Positions 62,476-64,000 of a stretch of 64,000 nt of DNA are shown one piece after another. A program made the translations under genes and the position numbers. The stretch spans positions 68,760,001 to 68,824,000 of the forward strand of contig CM059432.1 in the NCBI GenBank assembly GCA_030390025.1, in the 5' to 3' direction. Numbering within the stretch: position 1 is the first letter of the stretch; the number at the start of each line of letters is the position of its first letter. The stretch comes from Squalus acanthias (lineage: Eukaryota). The notes under the pieces are model-generated. The model saw only the letters and a program-made list of their open reading frames with translations. It made no database searches and had not been told where the DNA came from.

Positions 62476-63884
62476 CATACGAAAACCTGTGTGCAAGGCA
62501 CCAATTGTTAAAGGGTTCTAATACAAGGATCTTCAATTTGTATCATGCAGTATGCCTTGAAGATATGCAAGTGTATACATTGTCACTGCTCTCTGTACTT
62601 TAAACATCTCTGAACTATTGTTCTGCGGCAGCAATGGTCACATGATTCCTTTCAAGAAGGCTACTCCTAACATCATTTGCTGGGATACATTGAGGGAGTA
62701 GGAGACAGCAAAGCTCGAGGCTCCCCTCACATTATCCTGCCAAGCACAAGAATTAGCACTTATACCCTGGAGGATGTAGATGGTGAGGTTGAGGATGTAA
62801 CTGAGAGTTAGTCATAGTGCATTGGTGAGGAGAAGCAAGTGGTATTGCCTGATAAATGCCAGGCACCTGCTGACTGTTGGATCAGCACGACTTCTGCCTC
62901 TGCTGCAGCTCCTGAGGATTCAGACCTCACAATGCCTGCTTACCAGTAGAGAGCGCTGTCTGAACAAGATTGTCTACATTGTAGTGTACTCAACTGGACA
63001 GTAAAGGCAGAAGTGGGAGTTTTTTGTGCTTGAGCAGTGACCGTGCTGCCATTGTGTAGACATAGTTGACATTTTAGCATGGATAGTTCAAGAATAGTAA
63101 TGAGAGGTTTGTGGATAAATTTGGAGGAAATCAAGGACAATTTCAGGGGGCATGAATATGATTAACTCCTATAAGTTATGAGCTGTAGGCCTGTGTATGC
63201 CTGGAATGAGTCAATACCTGCAGATCCATGTATCCCATATATTTTTGTCCATCTGAGCAACATAGTTCTACAGAAATTAGAGAGTTAGTTGATCACCATG
63301 TAGAATTACTAAATTTTTCTAAGTACTATACTGTCTTTTCCAGTGCTTGGAAATTTTTGCTCACATTGAGTCTGCTAAACAAATAGTTTCAGCTGGTGCG
63401 GTGTCTATTTGGCTTACATACAGCTCAAGCAATACAACACATTAGTTTACCTTCAGCATTAATATACCAACATCATAGAAAGACATTTGCAGTTAATTCT
63501 CTCAAATATGCAATGACAAACTTTACGTTGAAAAATCTGTTATTCCTGCAAGATATCATTTCATCTACAGAAGAAAACTGAGACAAAGCTAAAGTAGTTG
63601 GAGAATAGTAGTATAACTCAAGATGTAGATTGTCCTACACTTTGGGTTTCACTTCTAGTAATCATCCCCAAGTCCAACAATCTGAACAGTAAATGCCTTT
63701 GCATTGATATGCGAGCAGCAAACGAGTGGGAACAACATGATACTCTAAACTCTGAATGAGATTATGACACAGGTAACGAATGACAAATTTTGTCAAAGTT
63801 AGACTTGAAATCAGGGTAACATCAGCTAGTGCCTCTGTATTACAGCATTTACAATACGTGTTGGCCTGAAGTGATACAAAAGAA

Positions 63885-64000
63885 GAAAGAAAGAACTTGC
63901 ATTTAGATGGCTCCTTTCATGACCTCAGGACATCCCAAAGCACTTCACAGCCAATTAAGTATTTTGAGTTCAAGTCACTGTTGTAATGTAAGGAAACACA
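63885..64000 (-). mobile_element. DeuSINE 3' end (cut by the window edge)
   Basis: aagaaagaacttgcattt...catgacctcaggacatcccaaagcact. Confidence 0.75.

Overview
Vertebrate genomic DNA, most likely from a cartilaginous fish (shark-type CR1, L2, Penelope, DeuSINE and MetaSINE repeats). Two spliced protein-coding genes sit head-to-head on a CpG-rich promoter of about 845 bp. LYPLA1 (acyl-protein thioesterase 1) is on the minus strand, with coding exons 1-6 at 31065->694 and the rest beyond the left edge. MRPL15 is complete on the plus strand (5 coding exons, 31910-41144, 296 aa). Most other sequence is nested or decayed transposons: CR1 and L2 LINEs, SINEs, a Penelope element with a minimal hammerhead ribozyme, Tigger- and hAT-type MITEs, and a cluster of PIF/Harbinger derivatives with remnants of the intron-containing Myb/SANT gene and the transposase. 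Most long ORFs in the ORF track are retroelement fragments. The most notable observations are the hammerhead, two locally templated insertions, the Harbinger deletion derivatives and a TE-free block with a FOX:ETS/GATA/E-box/SOX motif cluster. I found no convincing wholly novel gene system. Repeat family names come from recognition by eye, not a database search, and repeat boundaries are approximate unless TIRs or TSDs are given.
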